DNA of 64,000 nucleotides, taken from contig OZ224045.1 of the NCBI GenBank assembly GCA_963665325.3, positions 96,001-160,000 of the forward strand, read 5' to 3'. This document shows positions 1 through 8,813 of the stretch, piece by piece. Origin of the DNA: Alphaproteobacteria bacterium (GTDB lineage: Bacteria; Pseudomonadota; Alphaproteobacteria; Bin95). The notes under the pieces are model-generated. The model was not told the origin of the DNA, did no database searches, and saw only the letters and a list, made by a program, of their open reading frames with translations. Numbering within the stretch: the first letter of the stretch is position 1; each line of letters begins with the position of its first letter. The position numbers and the translations under genes were made by a program.

Positions 1-2
1 AA

Positions 3-710
3 CGCCGCCTCAATTGCCTGAGCGGCGCGACGGCGCAAGCCTTCGCCGATGCCGTGAATGCGTATTCCGGGCGCAGCGACCTTCGGGTCGTGGTGGTGAC
101 CGGCAACGGCCCCAAGGCCTTCATGGGCGGGGCGGACCTGCGCGAACTGGGCGGCCTTGATCCGGTGTCAGGCCGTGCGTTCATCAGCCGCATCCACGCC
201 ATGTCGAAGGCGCTTCGGGACTGCCCGGTTCCCGTGATCGGGCGGATCAACGGCTATTGCCTGGGCGCCGGACTCGAGGTCGCGGCGGCCTGCGACATGC
301 GCGTCGCCTCCGACAATGCAGTGCTGGGAATGCCGGAGGTGAAGGTCGGCCTGCCTTCGGTCGTGGAAGCCGCGCTTTTCCCGCAATTGATCGGATGGGG
401 CAGGGCGAAGCTGCTCTGCTACACCGGCGAGAACATCGACGCGGCAGAAGCGCTCTCCTGGGGGCTGGTCGAGAAGGTGGTGCCCGCGGATGCACTCGAC
501 GATGCAGTGGAGCAGTGGGTCGGGCAGATTCTCGAAGGCGGCCCGCGCGCCATCCGGCTCCAGAAGGAGCTGATCCGCGAATGGGAGGCCATGCCGGTAA
601 ACGACGCCATCCAGGCCGGCATCCGCAGCCTCGTACGCGCCATGGAAACCGACGAGCCGAAACGCATGATTGCCGAAACGCTGGAACGCCTGGCGAAACG
701 CAAGGGCTGA
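3..710 (+). CDS. Enoyl-CoA hydratase/isomerase (crotonase) family protein, 5'-truncated by window edge
   Basis: Crotonase motifs AFMGGADL, INGYCLGAGLEVAAACD, GMPEVKVG; frame stays open upstream of the track start (RRLNCLSG...) to the window edge. Confidence 0.9.
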   Translation, partial: RRLNCLSGATAQAFADAVNAYSGRSDLRVVVVTGNGPKAFMGGADLRELGGLDPVSGRAFISRIHAMSKALRDCPVPVIGRINGYCLGAGLEVAAACDMRVASDNAVLGMPEVKVGLPSVVEAALFPQLIGWGRAKLLCYTGENIDAAEALSWGLVEKVVPADALDDAVEQWVGQILEGGPRAIRLQKELIREWEAMPVNDAIQAGIRSLVRAMETDEPKRMIAETLERLAKRKG

Positions 711-822
711 GCGCGCGTTTCGGGTCCAAGCCTGAAATCGCCGGCCCGGTCCCGGAAGAAGGTTGCGTCTGTGGTCTTCTGTGGTTTGTTCCACTATACC
801 AGAAAAAAATCCGCCAATGGGC

Positions 823-849
823 TTGATCCTGAAATTTCTGTGTTAGAAT
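823..849 (+). promoter_or_regulatory. Putative sigma70-type promoter (TTGATC ... extended -10 TGT-TAGAAT)
   Basis: TTGATC 823-828, TGn + TAGAAT 841-849 in an AT-rich patch; spacer only 15 nt; no convincing ORF downstream. Confidence 0.4.
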
Positions 850-891
850 GATGCAGAAGGAGGCGGCTTCCGGAGGCCGCCCCGCCTTCCA

Positions 892-918
892 CGCCGGCGC
901 CGGCGCCGGCGCCGGCGC
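892..918. repeat. (CGCCGG)x4.5 tandem hexamer
   Basis: cgccgg cgccgg cgccgg cgccgg cgc read directly. Confidence 0.9.
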
Positions 919-1316
919 AAAGAAATCCAATTGGAACCCACGGGAGACGTGCGCCTTGCATTTGCTTTGCGCGCGCAGGCGCAATCAGGCGCGCGAACCG
1001 CGCCGCCGCGAAACGCGCCCGCCCGCGCCCGTCCGCGATTGCGCGCGGAAATAGGGTTCCGCCGCAACGGGGCTGGCGGAAGGAAGACCGGAACGAAAGG
1101 GAACGAAACGGGATGAGGGCACGATGGTCGGACGCAGACAGACGCAGGCCTCGCGGGGGTGGGTGCTCATGACATTTTGCAGGAGGTTCCGCTGCTCGGG
1201 GAGCAGGCCGCCGGCGCGGAGGACAAAACGAAGACGGATCGAGAGGACAGACCCTTGCCGAAAGAACGGCTTCATGCCGGAAGAGACAACAGCTCATGCT
1301 CTATCCGTATGGGGAT

Positions 1317-1379
1317 CATGACAAAACATGACACTTCATGACACTCCACTGGAGTGGGCCCCTGGGCGGAGTGGGCCCC
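1317..1379. repeat. Three CATGACA direct repeats at 10-bp period, CACTCCA-C-TGGAGTG palindrome, GGAGTGGGCCCC x2
   Basis: CATGACA at 1317, 1327, 1337; palindrome 1342-1356; 12-mer at 1351-1362 and 1368-1379. Confidence 0.85.
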
Positions 1380-1459
1380 GCTGCAAGGCCCCTGCCGGAA
1401 GCCGGCGATAGGCGGTGCTGCCGCGTACGACCGCCGATTCATCCGGATCGGACCGCGTT

Positions 1460-2557
1460 CTAATCCGCCGCTCGCTCCCGGACGATCCAGCCGCCGCCGA
1501 GCACGCGGCCGCTCTCGTAGAACACGGCGGCCTGTCCGGCGGCGATGCCGTACTCCGGCTCGTCGAGAAGGACTTCAACGGTGTCGCCGCGTGGGTAGAG
1601 GGATGCGGACCGGGGCTCTGCGGTCGAGCGGATGCGGACTGCCGCCCTCTGGCCTTCCGTCGGCGCCTCGCCGTCTCCGAGCCAGTTGACCTCGCGTACC
1701 CGGAAGCGGTGGCGCCCGAGCGCCTCGCGTGGGCCCACGACGACCCGGTGGCGGTCCGGATCGAGAGCCAGCACGAAGAGCCGCTCGCCATCGGCGGCAT
1801 TGCCGAGGTCGAGCCCGCGCCGCTGGCCGACGGTGAAATTGACGATGCCCTCGTGACGGCCGAGGACGCGGCCGTCCCGGTCCACGATCTCGCCCGGCTC
1901 CAGCGCCCCGGGCCGCAGGCGTGCGACGATATCGGCATAGCGGCCATCCGGCACGAAGCAGATGTCCTGGCTGTCCGGCTTCTCCGCCACCGGCAGGGCC
2001 AGCCGCGCGGCTTCCTGCCGCACCCGGTCCTTGGGCATGCCGCCGAGCGGGAAGCGCAGGAAATCGAGCTGCTCGCGGGTGGTGGCGAACAGGAAATAGC
2101 TCTGGTCCTTGCCGGCGTCCTCGGCCCGGTGCAATTCCGGGCCCGGCAGGCGCTGCACATAATGGCCGGTAGCGAGCGCGTCCGCTCCGAGGTCCTTCGC
2201 TGTCGCCAGCAGGTCGCGGAACTTCACCGTCCGATTGCACTGCACGCAGGGCAGGGGCGTTTCCCCGGCGAGGTAGCTGTCGGCGAAATCGTCCATGACG
2301 GCGGCCCGGAACCGGCTCTCATAGTCCAGCACATAGTGCGGGATGCCGAGCCGGTCCGCGACCGCGCGCGCGTCGTGAATGTCCTGCCCGGCGCAGCAGG
2401 CGCCCTTGCGCTGTATCGCCGCGCCGTGGTCGTAAAGCTGGAGCGTGATGCCGACGACCTCGTAGCCCGACTCTGCAAGCAGCGCGGCGGTGACGGAACT
2501 GTCCACACCGCCGGACATGGCGACGACCACGCGGGAAGATGTCGGAAGATCGAGCAT
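1460..2557 (-). CDS. mnmA: tRNA 2-thiouridine(34) synthase MnmA
   Basis: [11 protein letters not shown]-loop, [37 protein letters not shown]. Confidence 0.97.
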   Translation of the reverse strand: MLDLPTSSRVVVAMSGGVDSSVTAALLAESGYEVVGITLQLYDHGAAIQRKGACCAGQDIHDARAVADRLGIPHYVLDYESRFRAAVMDDFADSYLAGETPLPCVQCNRTVKFRDLLATAKDLGADALATGHYVQRLPGPELHRAEDAGKDQSYFLFATTREQLDFLRFPLGGMPKDRVRQEAARLALPVAEKPDSQDICFVPDGRYADIVARLRPGALEPGEIVDRDGRVLGRHEGIVNFTVGQRRGLDLGNAADGERLFVLALDPDRHRVVVGPREALGRHRFRVREVNWLGDGEAPTEGQRAAVRIRSTAEPRSASLYPRGDTVEVLLDEPEYGIAAGQAAVFYESGRVLGGGWIVRERAAD

Positions 2558-2643
2558 CGGCAGACCTGTGGGGAACCGGCGGGAAACTGGTTCAGCGCCC
2601 GCTATCGGTCAACCGCTCATGCACGTTCGAACGGAAAGTAACC

Positions 2644-4959
2644 TCACGCCTCGATGATGGACGGGGGCGTAAACGCGGTGATTGCGGGCGCGTCGCCCTC
2701 GAACCGTTCGACCTCCACCAGCGCGGTCTGGGCCGCGCAGCACTGGGTAAGCGTCGATGTCGGCTTGTCGTTGGTGAGCACGTTCGGATTGCCGTGCTTC
2801 TCCAGGCTTCCCGGCACTGCCGGATCGACGGGATCGAACCAGGCGCCGGTCGCAAGCTCCACTACGCCACGTCGGATCGCGTCGCTGACGACGACGCCGG
2901 CGAGGCAGGCGCCGCGATCATTGAAGACGCGCACGATATCGCCGTCCGCGATGCCCCTTCGGGCCGCATCGTCCGGGTTCATCCGCATCGCCTCGCGCCC
3001 GGCGACCTTGGCGGCTCGGCTGACCGAACCGCAGTCGAGCTGGCTGTGGAGCCGTGCGCGTGGCTGGTTCGAGAGCATGTGGAGCGGAAAGCGCTCCACC
3101 TTGTCGCTGCCGAGCCACTCCACCGGCTCCACCCAGGTCGGATGACCCGGAGCGTCGTCATAGCCGAAACCCGCGATGGTTTCCGAGTAGATCTCGATTT
3201 TTCCCGAGGGGGTCTTAAGCGGCGAGCCGTCCGGGTCCTGCCGGAAGTCGGCGAAGGGAATTGGAGGGCTGTCGGGCTGCGGGAGTTCGAAATGCCCGGC
3301 CTCCCAGAAGCTCTCGAAGCCCGGCATCTCGATGCCGTCCTTCGCGACGCGTTGGCGATAGAGATCGTAGAGGTGGCGAAGCCATTCCATCTCGCTGCGG
3401 CCCTCGGTGAAGGCCTCGGCAAAACCGAGCCGGTCGGCCAGACCGCTGTAGATGTCGTATTCGCTGCGCGCTTGGCCGACAGGATCGATCGCCTGCTGGC
3501 TCGCCAGAACGAAGCGGTCGAACTGGGACGCTGCAATGTCGTTCCGTTCGAGCGTCGTCGTGCAGGGCAGCACGATGTCCGCCCGCTTCGCCGCCGGCGT
3601 CCACCAGGGCTCGTGGATGATGATGGTGTCCGGTTTGGCCCAGCCCTTGAGCAGGTTGTTCAGGTCCTGATGCTTGTGGAACGGGTTGCCGCCGCACCAG
3701 TAGATCAGCCGGATATCGGGGTAGTGGCGGTCCTCCCCGTTGAAGCTGTATGGCGCGCCGGGGTTGAGCAGCATGTCCGCCAGCCGCGCGACAGGAATCG
3801 TGGTGGCGACATCGTTCTTTCCCGTGAGAAGCCTGGGCGGCGCCACCTGCCGGGTTGCCGCGCCGATGCCGTGCATGGCGCCGTATCCGAAGCCGAACCC
3901 GCCGCCCGGCAGGCCGATCTGGCCCAGCATCGCCGCAAGCGCGATGGTCATCCAGTAGGGCTGCTCGCCCCGGTCGGCGCGCTGGACCGACCAGCTCACC
4001 CCGATCATGGTGCGCGAAGAGGCCATCCGGCGGGCGAGGCTGCGGATCGCTCCGGCCGGCATCCCGGCGATTCCGGAGGCCCAGTCGGCGTCTCTGGCGA
4101 TCCCGTCCGCCGCGCCGAGGAGATAGGCGGCAAGCCTGTCGAACCCGGTGCAGTAGCGGGCGAGGAAATCGGCATCGTGCAGGTCTTCGCTGAGGAGCGT
4201 GTGCGCGAGCCCCAGCATGACGGCGAGGTCGGTGTTGGGCCGGACCGGGTGCCATTCGGCTTCGGCCTCGTCTCCCGTGTCGTCGCGGATCGGGCCGATG
4301 CAAACGAACCGGGTCCCGGCTTCCACCGCGCGCCTGTGCCAGTCGGCGGACTCATGTGCGCCGACACCGCCCTGATTGACCATGGAGTTCTTGGGCGGCA
4401 TGCCGCCGAATGCCACCATCAGCTCCGTGTGCTCGACGATCACGGGCCATGTGTTGACCGGCCCGAACACCGGCTGCATCGAGCCGACGATGCGCGGGAC
4501 GATGACGCTGGCTGCGCCGACGCTGAAACTCGTCACCTGGTCGATGAAGCCGCCATGGAGGTTGAGGAAGCGGCCAAGCTGGCTGCGCGCATTGTGGAAG
4601 TTGCCGGCGCTGCCCCAGCCGGAACTGCCGTAGATGGCTTCGTTGCCGTATTCCTTTGCGACCCGTTGGAGCTCGCCCGCCACCAGGTCGAGCGCGCGGT
4701 CCCAGCTCACCGCGACGAAAGGCTCCGTCCCCCGCGCGGCGGCGTTGGCGCCCGGTCCGCCTTCCAGCCACGACTTCCGCACCGCAGGCGTCGCAATGCG
4801 GCACTCGGCATGAACTGCGTCCGGCAGCGCCTGGATGAAAGGCGCCGGGCTCGGGTCCATGCCGAACGGCTCAACGCCGACCAACCGCCCGTCGGTCGCC
4901 GTCGCCGTGAAGGCGCCCCAATGGCTCGCCCCGAATGCGCTCCGCGTTCCGTCAGGCAT
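2644..4959 (-). CDS. Molybdopterin (bis-MGD) S/N-oxide reductase, BisC/TorZ/DorA family, no Tat signal
   Basis: SHWGAF N-terminus, FSVGAA Ser-ligand region, GGNPFHKHQD, ADIVLPCTTTLERND, RLHSQL, C-terminal GNPNVLT molydop-binding domain. Confidence 0.9.
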   Translation of the reverse strand: MPDGTRSAFGASHWGAFTATATDGRLVGVEPFGMDPSPAPFIQALPDAVHAECRIATPAVRKSWLEGGPGANAAARGTEPFVAVSWDRALDLVAGELQRVAKEYGNEAIYGSSGWGSAGNFHNARSQLGRFLNLHGGFIDQVTSFSVGAASVIVPRIVGSMQPVFGPVNTWPVIVEHTELMVAFGGMPPKNSMVNQGGVGAHESADWHRRAVEAGTRFVCIGPIRDDTGDEAEAEWHPVRPNTDLAVMLGLAHTLLSEDLHDADFLARYCTGFDRLAAYLLGAADGIARDADWASGIAGMPAGAIRSLARRMASSRTMIGVSWSVQRADRGEQPYWMTIALAAMLGQIGLPGGGFGFGYGAMHGIGAATRQVAPPRLLTGKNDVATTIPVARLADMLLNPGAPYSFNGEDRHYPDIRLIYWCGGNPFHKHQDLNNLLKGWAKPDTIIIHEPWWTPAAKRADIVLPCTTTLERNDIAASQFDRFVLASQQAIDPVGQARSEYDIYSGLADRLGFAEAFTEGRSEMEWLRHLYDLYRQRVAKDGIEMPGFESFWEAGHFELPQPDSPPIPFADFRQDPDGSPLKTPSGKIEIYSETIAGFGYDDAPGHPTWVEPVEWLGSDKVERFPLHMLSNQPRARLHSQLDCGSVSRAAKVAGREAMRMNPDDAARRGIADGDIVRVFNDRGACLAGVVVSDAIRRGVVELATGAWFDPVDPAVPGSLEKHGNPNVLTNDKPTSTLTQCCAAQTALVEVERFEGDAPAITAFTPPSIIEA

Positions 4960-5059
4960 GTCGGCCTCCCCGTGAATGGCGGTTATCGTAGCGTAAGCGG
5001 CAGGGCATTGAACTCAGGGACGGGCGCGCGGAACCGGGCCGGCCGCTTCGGCTCCGGCT

Positions 5060-6271
5060 TCACGCGACCGCGCCGGAAGCCCTCAGAGCGGCGACGTCTT
5101 CCGGCGTACGGCCCAACTCGGCAAGAATCTCGTCGGTGTGCTGCCCCGTTTCGGGAGCCGGGCCGGGTGCGGTCTTTTCCTCTCCCTCGACCCAGACGGG
5201 CGCGGCGACCGTGTGGCTCGAAAGGCCGGACGGGTCCTCGTGGGGAACGACGATTTCCGCAGCGTGCATCTGCGGGTCGTCCGGAATGTCCTCGGTCTTC
5301 CCGACGACGCCGAATGCCAGCCCCTCCGCCTCCAGCCGTTCCCGCCAGACGGGCCAGGGCTCGCGGATGAAGACCTCGTCCAGAACCGCGATCAGCTCGC
5401 GGGCATGGCGGTGCCGGGCCGGCTTCTCGGCGAAGCGCGGGTCCGTGCCGAGGTCGGGCCGATCGAGCGCCCGCAGCAGGTTGGGCCACTGCTTGTCCTC
5501 GTTGACGAGGCTCAGAATGAACCAGCGCCCGTCCGCGCAGCGGTAATGATTGGCCACGCCCGTCGCCCAGTTCTCGCGCTTCGGCCGGGTCGGGATATCG
5601 AGCCCGCAAAGCGCCGCCTGGGCGTAGAACGCATTGAACCAGACGCCGTTCGCCATGAGATTGGTGTGCGCCTTGCCGCCTTTGCCCGTCATCTGGCGGC
5701 GGTAGAGCGCCATCATCACGGACGCGAACAGCGCCACGCCAGTGGGATGGTCCCCCATGCCAGGAAGCGAACGGGCCGGAGAACCCTCCGGGTCGGGGCG
5801 CACGAGGTCCATCAGTCCCGTGCGCGCCCAGAGCGCCGTCGAATCGAAGCCGGTCTTGCCGGCTTCCGGCCCGGCCTCGCCATAGGCCGACAACGAGGCG
5901 TAGATCAGCCGGTCGTTGAGCGGCGCGATGTCCTCGTAGCGCAGCTTGAGCTGTTCGCGCACACGCGGCGGATAGTTGGTGATGAACACATCGGCCGTCG
6001 AAGCCAGCTCCCGCAGGACAGCGCGCCCGGCCTCCTGTCGCAGATCGAGCGCAAGCCCCCGCTTCGAGCGGTTGTCCACCATCCAGGAATAGTCCACATG
6101 GGACGAGGGGAAGCCCGGAAACGCCGACAGTCCGCGATAGGAATCGCCCGTCGGCGGCTCGACCTTGATAACGTCCGCTCCGAAGTCGGCGAGCATGGTC
6201 GCCGCCACCGGAGCTGCGATGAAGCTGGCCACATCGAGGACCTTGAGGCCCGCGAAAAGAGACTCCGCCAT
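5060..6271 (-). CDS. CoA-transferase family III (CaiB/BaiF)
   Basis: LKVLD..FIAAP, LADFGADVIKVEPPTGD, NRSKR, APETGQHTDEIL; ATG at 6271 preceded by GGAGG. Confidence 0.92.
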   Translation of the reverse strand: MAESLFAGLKVLDVASFIAAPVAATMLADFGADVIKVEPPTGDSYRGLSAFPGFPSSHVDYSWMVDNRSKRGLALDLRQEAGRAVLRELASTADVFITNYPPRVREQLKLRYEDIAPLNDRLIYASLSAYGEAGPEAGKTGFDSTALWARTGLMDLVRPDPEGSPARSLPGMGDHPTGVALFASVMMALYRRQMTGKGGKAHTNLMANGVWFNAFYAQAALCGLDIPTRPKRENWATGVANHYRCADGRWFILSLVNEDKQWPNLLRALDRPDLGTDPRFAEKPARHRHARELIAVLDEVFIREPWPVWRERLEAEGLAFGVVGKTEDIPDDPQMHAAEIVVPHEDPSGLSSHTVAAPVWVEGEEKTAPGPAPETGQHTDEILAELGRTPEDVAALRASGAVA

Positions 6272-6292
6272 GGCGGTTCCCTCCGGGTGCAT

Positions 6293-6622
6293 TCAGTTTT
6301 GGTAGTAGGGAAGAGGCGCGTAGTGGCCGTTCTCGTATTCGCCGAACATTTCGTCCACCTGCGGATGCCGGCAAGGACGGCCGGAATGGTCTTCGAGAAG
6401 GTTCTGCTCGGAAACATAGGCGATATAGGTGGTTTCCGCGTTCTCCGCGAGTAGGTGGTAGTAGGGCTGATCGCGGCGCGGCCGCGTCTCCGCCGGGATC
6501 GATTCCCACCATTCTTCCGTGTTGGAAAAGGTCGGATCGACATCGAATATAACGCCCCGGAACGGGTAGCGGCGATGCCTCACCACCTGGCCGATACCGA
6601 ACTTGGCTTCCCGCATTTCCAT
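6293..6622 (-). CDS. hspQ: Heat shock protein HspQ (YccV-like)
   Basis: AKFGIGQVVRHRRYPFRGVIFDVDP...QPYYHLLAEN...YVSEQNL. Confidence 0.95.
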   Translation of the reverse strand: MEMREAKFGIGQVVRHRRYPFRGVIFDVDPTFSNTEEWWESIPAETRPRRDQPYYHLLAENAETTYIAYVSEQNLLEDHSGRPCRHPQVDEMFGEYENGHYAPLPYYQN

Positions 6623-6729
6623 GGGCTTCCGTCTTCATCGTGCGAACGGTTGGTCCGCGCAGGCGATGCCCGCGCTTCGTGTCCTAGAGCATATCGCGGC
6701 GGACGCATCCGGCAAGCGGCCGGCCCGCC

Positions 6730-7902
6730 TCAAGACCTGCGGGGCCGTTCCGCGGATGGAATGAAGGCGATGGCGCAAGCCGCCGCGGCGGCGCAAAGGG
6801 CAACGGCAAAGAACGGCCACTCGTAGCTGCCGAGTTCATCATAGGCCAGACCCGCCAGCGGCGGACCGAAGAGGGTGCCGATGCCGACGCTCGAATAGAG
6901 CAGCCCGATAAGCGCGCCTACGGAGCGCAGCCCGAACAGGTCCGCCGTTACCGACGGCGCAAGCGCGACAAAGCCGCCATAGCAGAGGCCGAATATGGCG
7001 GCCACGGCCGCCAGATGCCAGAACGGTCCGGCCAGCATCCAAGCCGCCAGTGCGGCGCCCATGCCGGCGTAAAGCAGCGACAGGCAGAGCTTTCGTCCGA
7101 TGCGGTCGGCTATCGGTGCCAGGACAAACCGTCCCACCGTACTGCCGACGCCCACAAGGGGAATCAGCGCGTTCGCTTCGACCACGGAAAAGCCCCGGTC
7201 GAGCGCGTGGGGGACCGCATGCACGAAAGGGATGAAAATGCCAAAGGCGAGCACCAGGGTTGCCGCGTAGAGAATCCAGAATGTGCGGCTGGACAGCGCC
7301 TCGCTGACGGTGAAGCCCGACAGTGCGGGACCGGAAGCCGCTCCGGTCGGCGGCGCGGTTACGAAATGCGCGGCGCCACCCCCGAGCACCAGGACGCCGA
7401 GCGCTAGTGCAAGATAGGCGAAGCGCCAGTCGGCGGCCTCGATCAGAACCACGGCAATGAGCGGCGCCACAAGCGTTCCCACACCGATGCCGGCAACGGC
7501 GAAACCGGAGGCCATGCCCCGCTGCGTCGTGAACCATCGCTGTACGGCGCCCACTGCGGGCACATAGGCAAGCCCGACTCCGAACCCGACACCGAGCCCG
7601 TATCCCAGGCAGATCTGCCAGAGTGTAGTCGCATGGGCAGCGAAGAGGAGGCCGGCGCCGGCCACGACCATGCCTGCGATACACAGTTCGCGCGGCCCCA
7701 AGACATCGGCGATCCGGCCGGAGATGGCGCCGAAGCCGAAATAGAGAAACGCCGCCAGCGAAAAGACCAGGCTCGTCTCAGCTCGGGTCGCTCCGAACTC
7801 GCGCTCAAGCGAGGGAAAGAAAGTCGAGAAGGTATAGGCAGCACCGAATCCGACGAACAGGACGAGGAAGGTCGCCCCGACGACGCCCCAGCCGCCTCTC
7901 AC
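6730..7902 (-). CDS. MFS transporter (monocarboxylate/OFA-like)
   Basis: About 12 hydrophobic segments, GRIADVLGPR and IADRIGRK motif A; likely GTG start at 7902 overlapping the upstream TGA. Confidence 0.88.
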   Translation of the reverse strand: MRGGWGVVGATFLVLFVGFGAAYTFSTFFPSLEREFGATRAETSLVFSLAAFLYFGFGAISGRIADVLGPRELCIAGMVVAGAGLLFAAHATTLWQICLGYGLGVGFGVGLAYVPAVGAVQRWFTTQRGMASGFAVAGIGVGTLVAPLIAVVLIEAADWRFAYLALALGVLVLGGGAAHFVTAPPTGAASGPALSGFTVSEALSSRTFWILYAATLVLAFGIFIPFVHAVPHALDRGFSVVEANALIPLVGVGSTVGRFVLAPIADRIGRKLCLSLLYAGMGAALAAWMLAGPFWHLAAVAAIFGLCYGGFVALAPSVTADLFGLRSVGALIGLLYSSVGIGTLFGPPLAGLAYDELGSYEWPFFAVALCAAAAACAIAFIPSAERPRRS

Positions 7903-8759
7903 GCGGCGGTTGGCCCGAGCCCGGCGACGGTCGTGCGGTGCATCACCCGGCGGTATTTCGCCTTGTTCCAGGGGCGGCCGCGATGCAGGCAACAGCGGTT
8001 GTCCCACATGACCAGATCGCCTTGCTGCCAGCGGTGGGTATAGATGTAGCGCTCCTGCACAATGCGGTCGGTAAGACTGCGCAGAAAGGCGCGGCTCTCT
8101 TCGATATCCCGCCCGCGAATGTGGCTGGCATGGGCGCCGGCGTAGATATTGCGGCGACCGTTCGCCGGGTTGCGGCGGACCACGGCCTGCGGCACTGGCG
8201 GCGTTTCCCGGCGCTGCGCCTCGTCCACCAGGTCCTTGCGTATCAGCCCGCGCGAATAGGCGAAGTCGTGAATGGCCACCAGGTCTTCGAGCTCCTCCTT
8301 CAAGGGGTCCTCCAAGTCTTCCCATGCGGCGCGCCCGGTCGCGAACTCGGTTTCGCCGTCTTCCGGAGGCACTTCACGCCCCGACAGCAGCGAAGCCGTA
8401 GCCGGCACCCGCTTGAAGGAACTGTCCGTGTGCCACATCTCGTTGCCCGAGTTGTACACATTGCGCCAGTCGTCCGACGGCAGGATCGTATCGGTCTCCG
8501 GATCGACATTGGAAATCATCGCAATCTCCGACCCGGCGCCGACATTCGAGCGCACGGTGCCTTCCAAAGGTCCGAAACGCTTCGAGAAAGCGATCTGCTG
8601 TTGGTCGTCTATGTACTGACCCCGGAACACGAGAACCGAATAATCGTTGAAAAGGCGCGCGATTTCGGCAAAGTCGGAATTATCCACGCCCTCAGCGATG
8701 TCGACGCCTGATACTTCGGCGCCGAACGCCGGGGTCAGTTGCTTGAAGGTGACAGCCAT
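7899..8759 (-). CDS. TauD/TfdA family Fe(II)/2-oxoglutarate dioxygenase
   Basis: FGAEVSGVD, WHTDSSF (HxD), WDNRCCLHRG, MHR; ATG at 8759 with GGAGG RBS (the 638-aa track ORF is over-extended). Confidence 0.92.
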   Translation of the reverse strand: MAVTFKQLTPAFGAEVSGVDIAEGVDNSDFAEIARLFNDYSVLVFRGQYIDDQQQIAFSKRFGPLEGTVRSNVGAGSEIAMISNVDPETDTILPSDDWRNVYNSGNEMWHTDSSFKRVPATASLLSGREVPPEDGETEFATGRAAWEDLEDPLKEELEDLVAIHDFAYSRGLIRKDLVDEAQRRETPPVPQAVVRRNPANGRRNIYAGAHASHIRGRDIEESRAFLRSLTDRIVQERYIYTHRWQQGDLVMWDNRCCLHRGRPWNKAKYRRVMHRTTVAGLGPTAA

Positions 8760-8813
8760 GGCGTTTCCTCCCGGTAACGATTGAACCAGTCTCGAGAGCG
8801 CTTGAAAAGAAGC

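Noticed and set aside
1091-1104. GAAC...GAAC as a LexA box
   Set aside because: Spacer is 6 nt, not the required 7
794-1297. 167-aa and neighbouring ORFs in the intergenic element
   Set aside because: Low-complexity R/P/A-rich translations with no RBS or motifs; treated as non-coding
1317-1343. TGTCATG repeats as a Pho box
   Set aside because: Period is 10 bp rather than 11 and no downstream gene or promoter fits
2539-5370. 943-aa plus-strand ORF and similar long antisense ORFs (e.g. 59873-61885, 36107-37876, 50000-51727, 44461-46236)
   Set aside because: Antisense shadows of real high-GC genes
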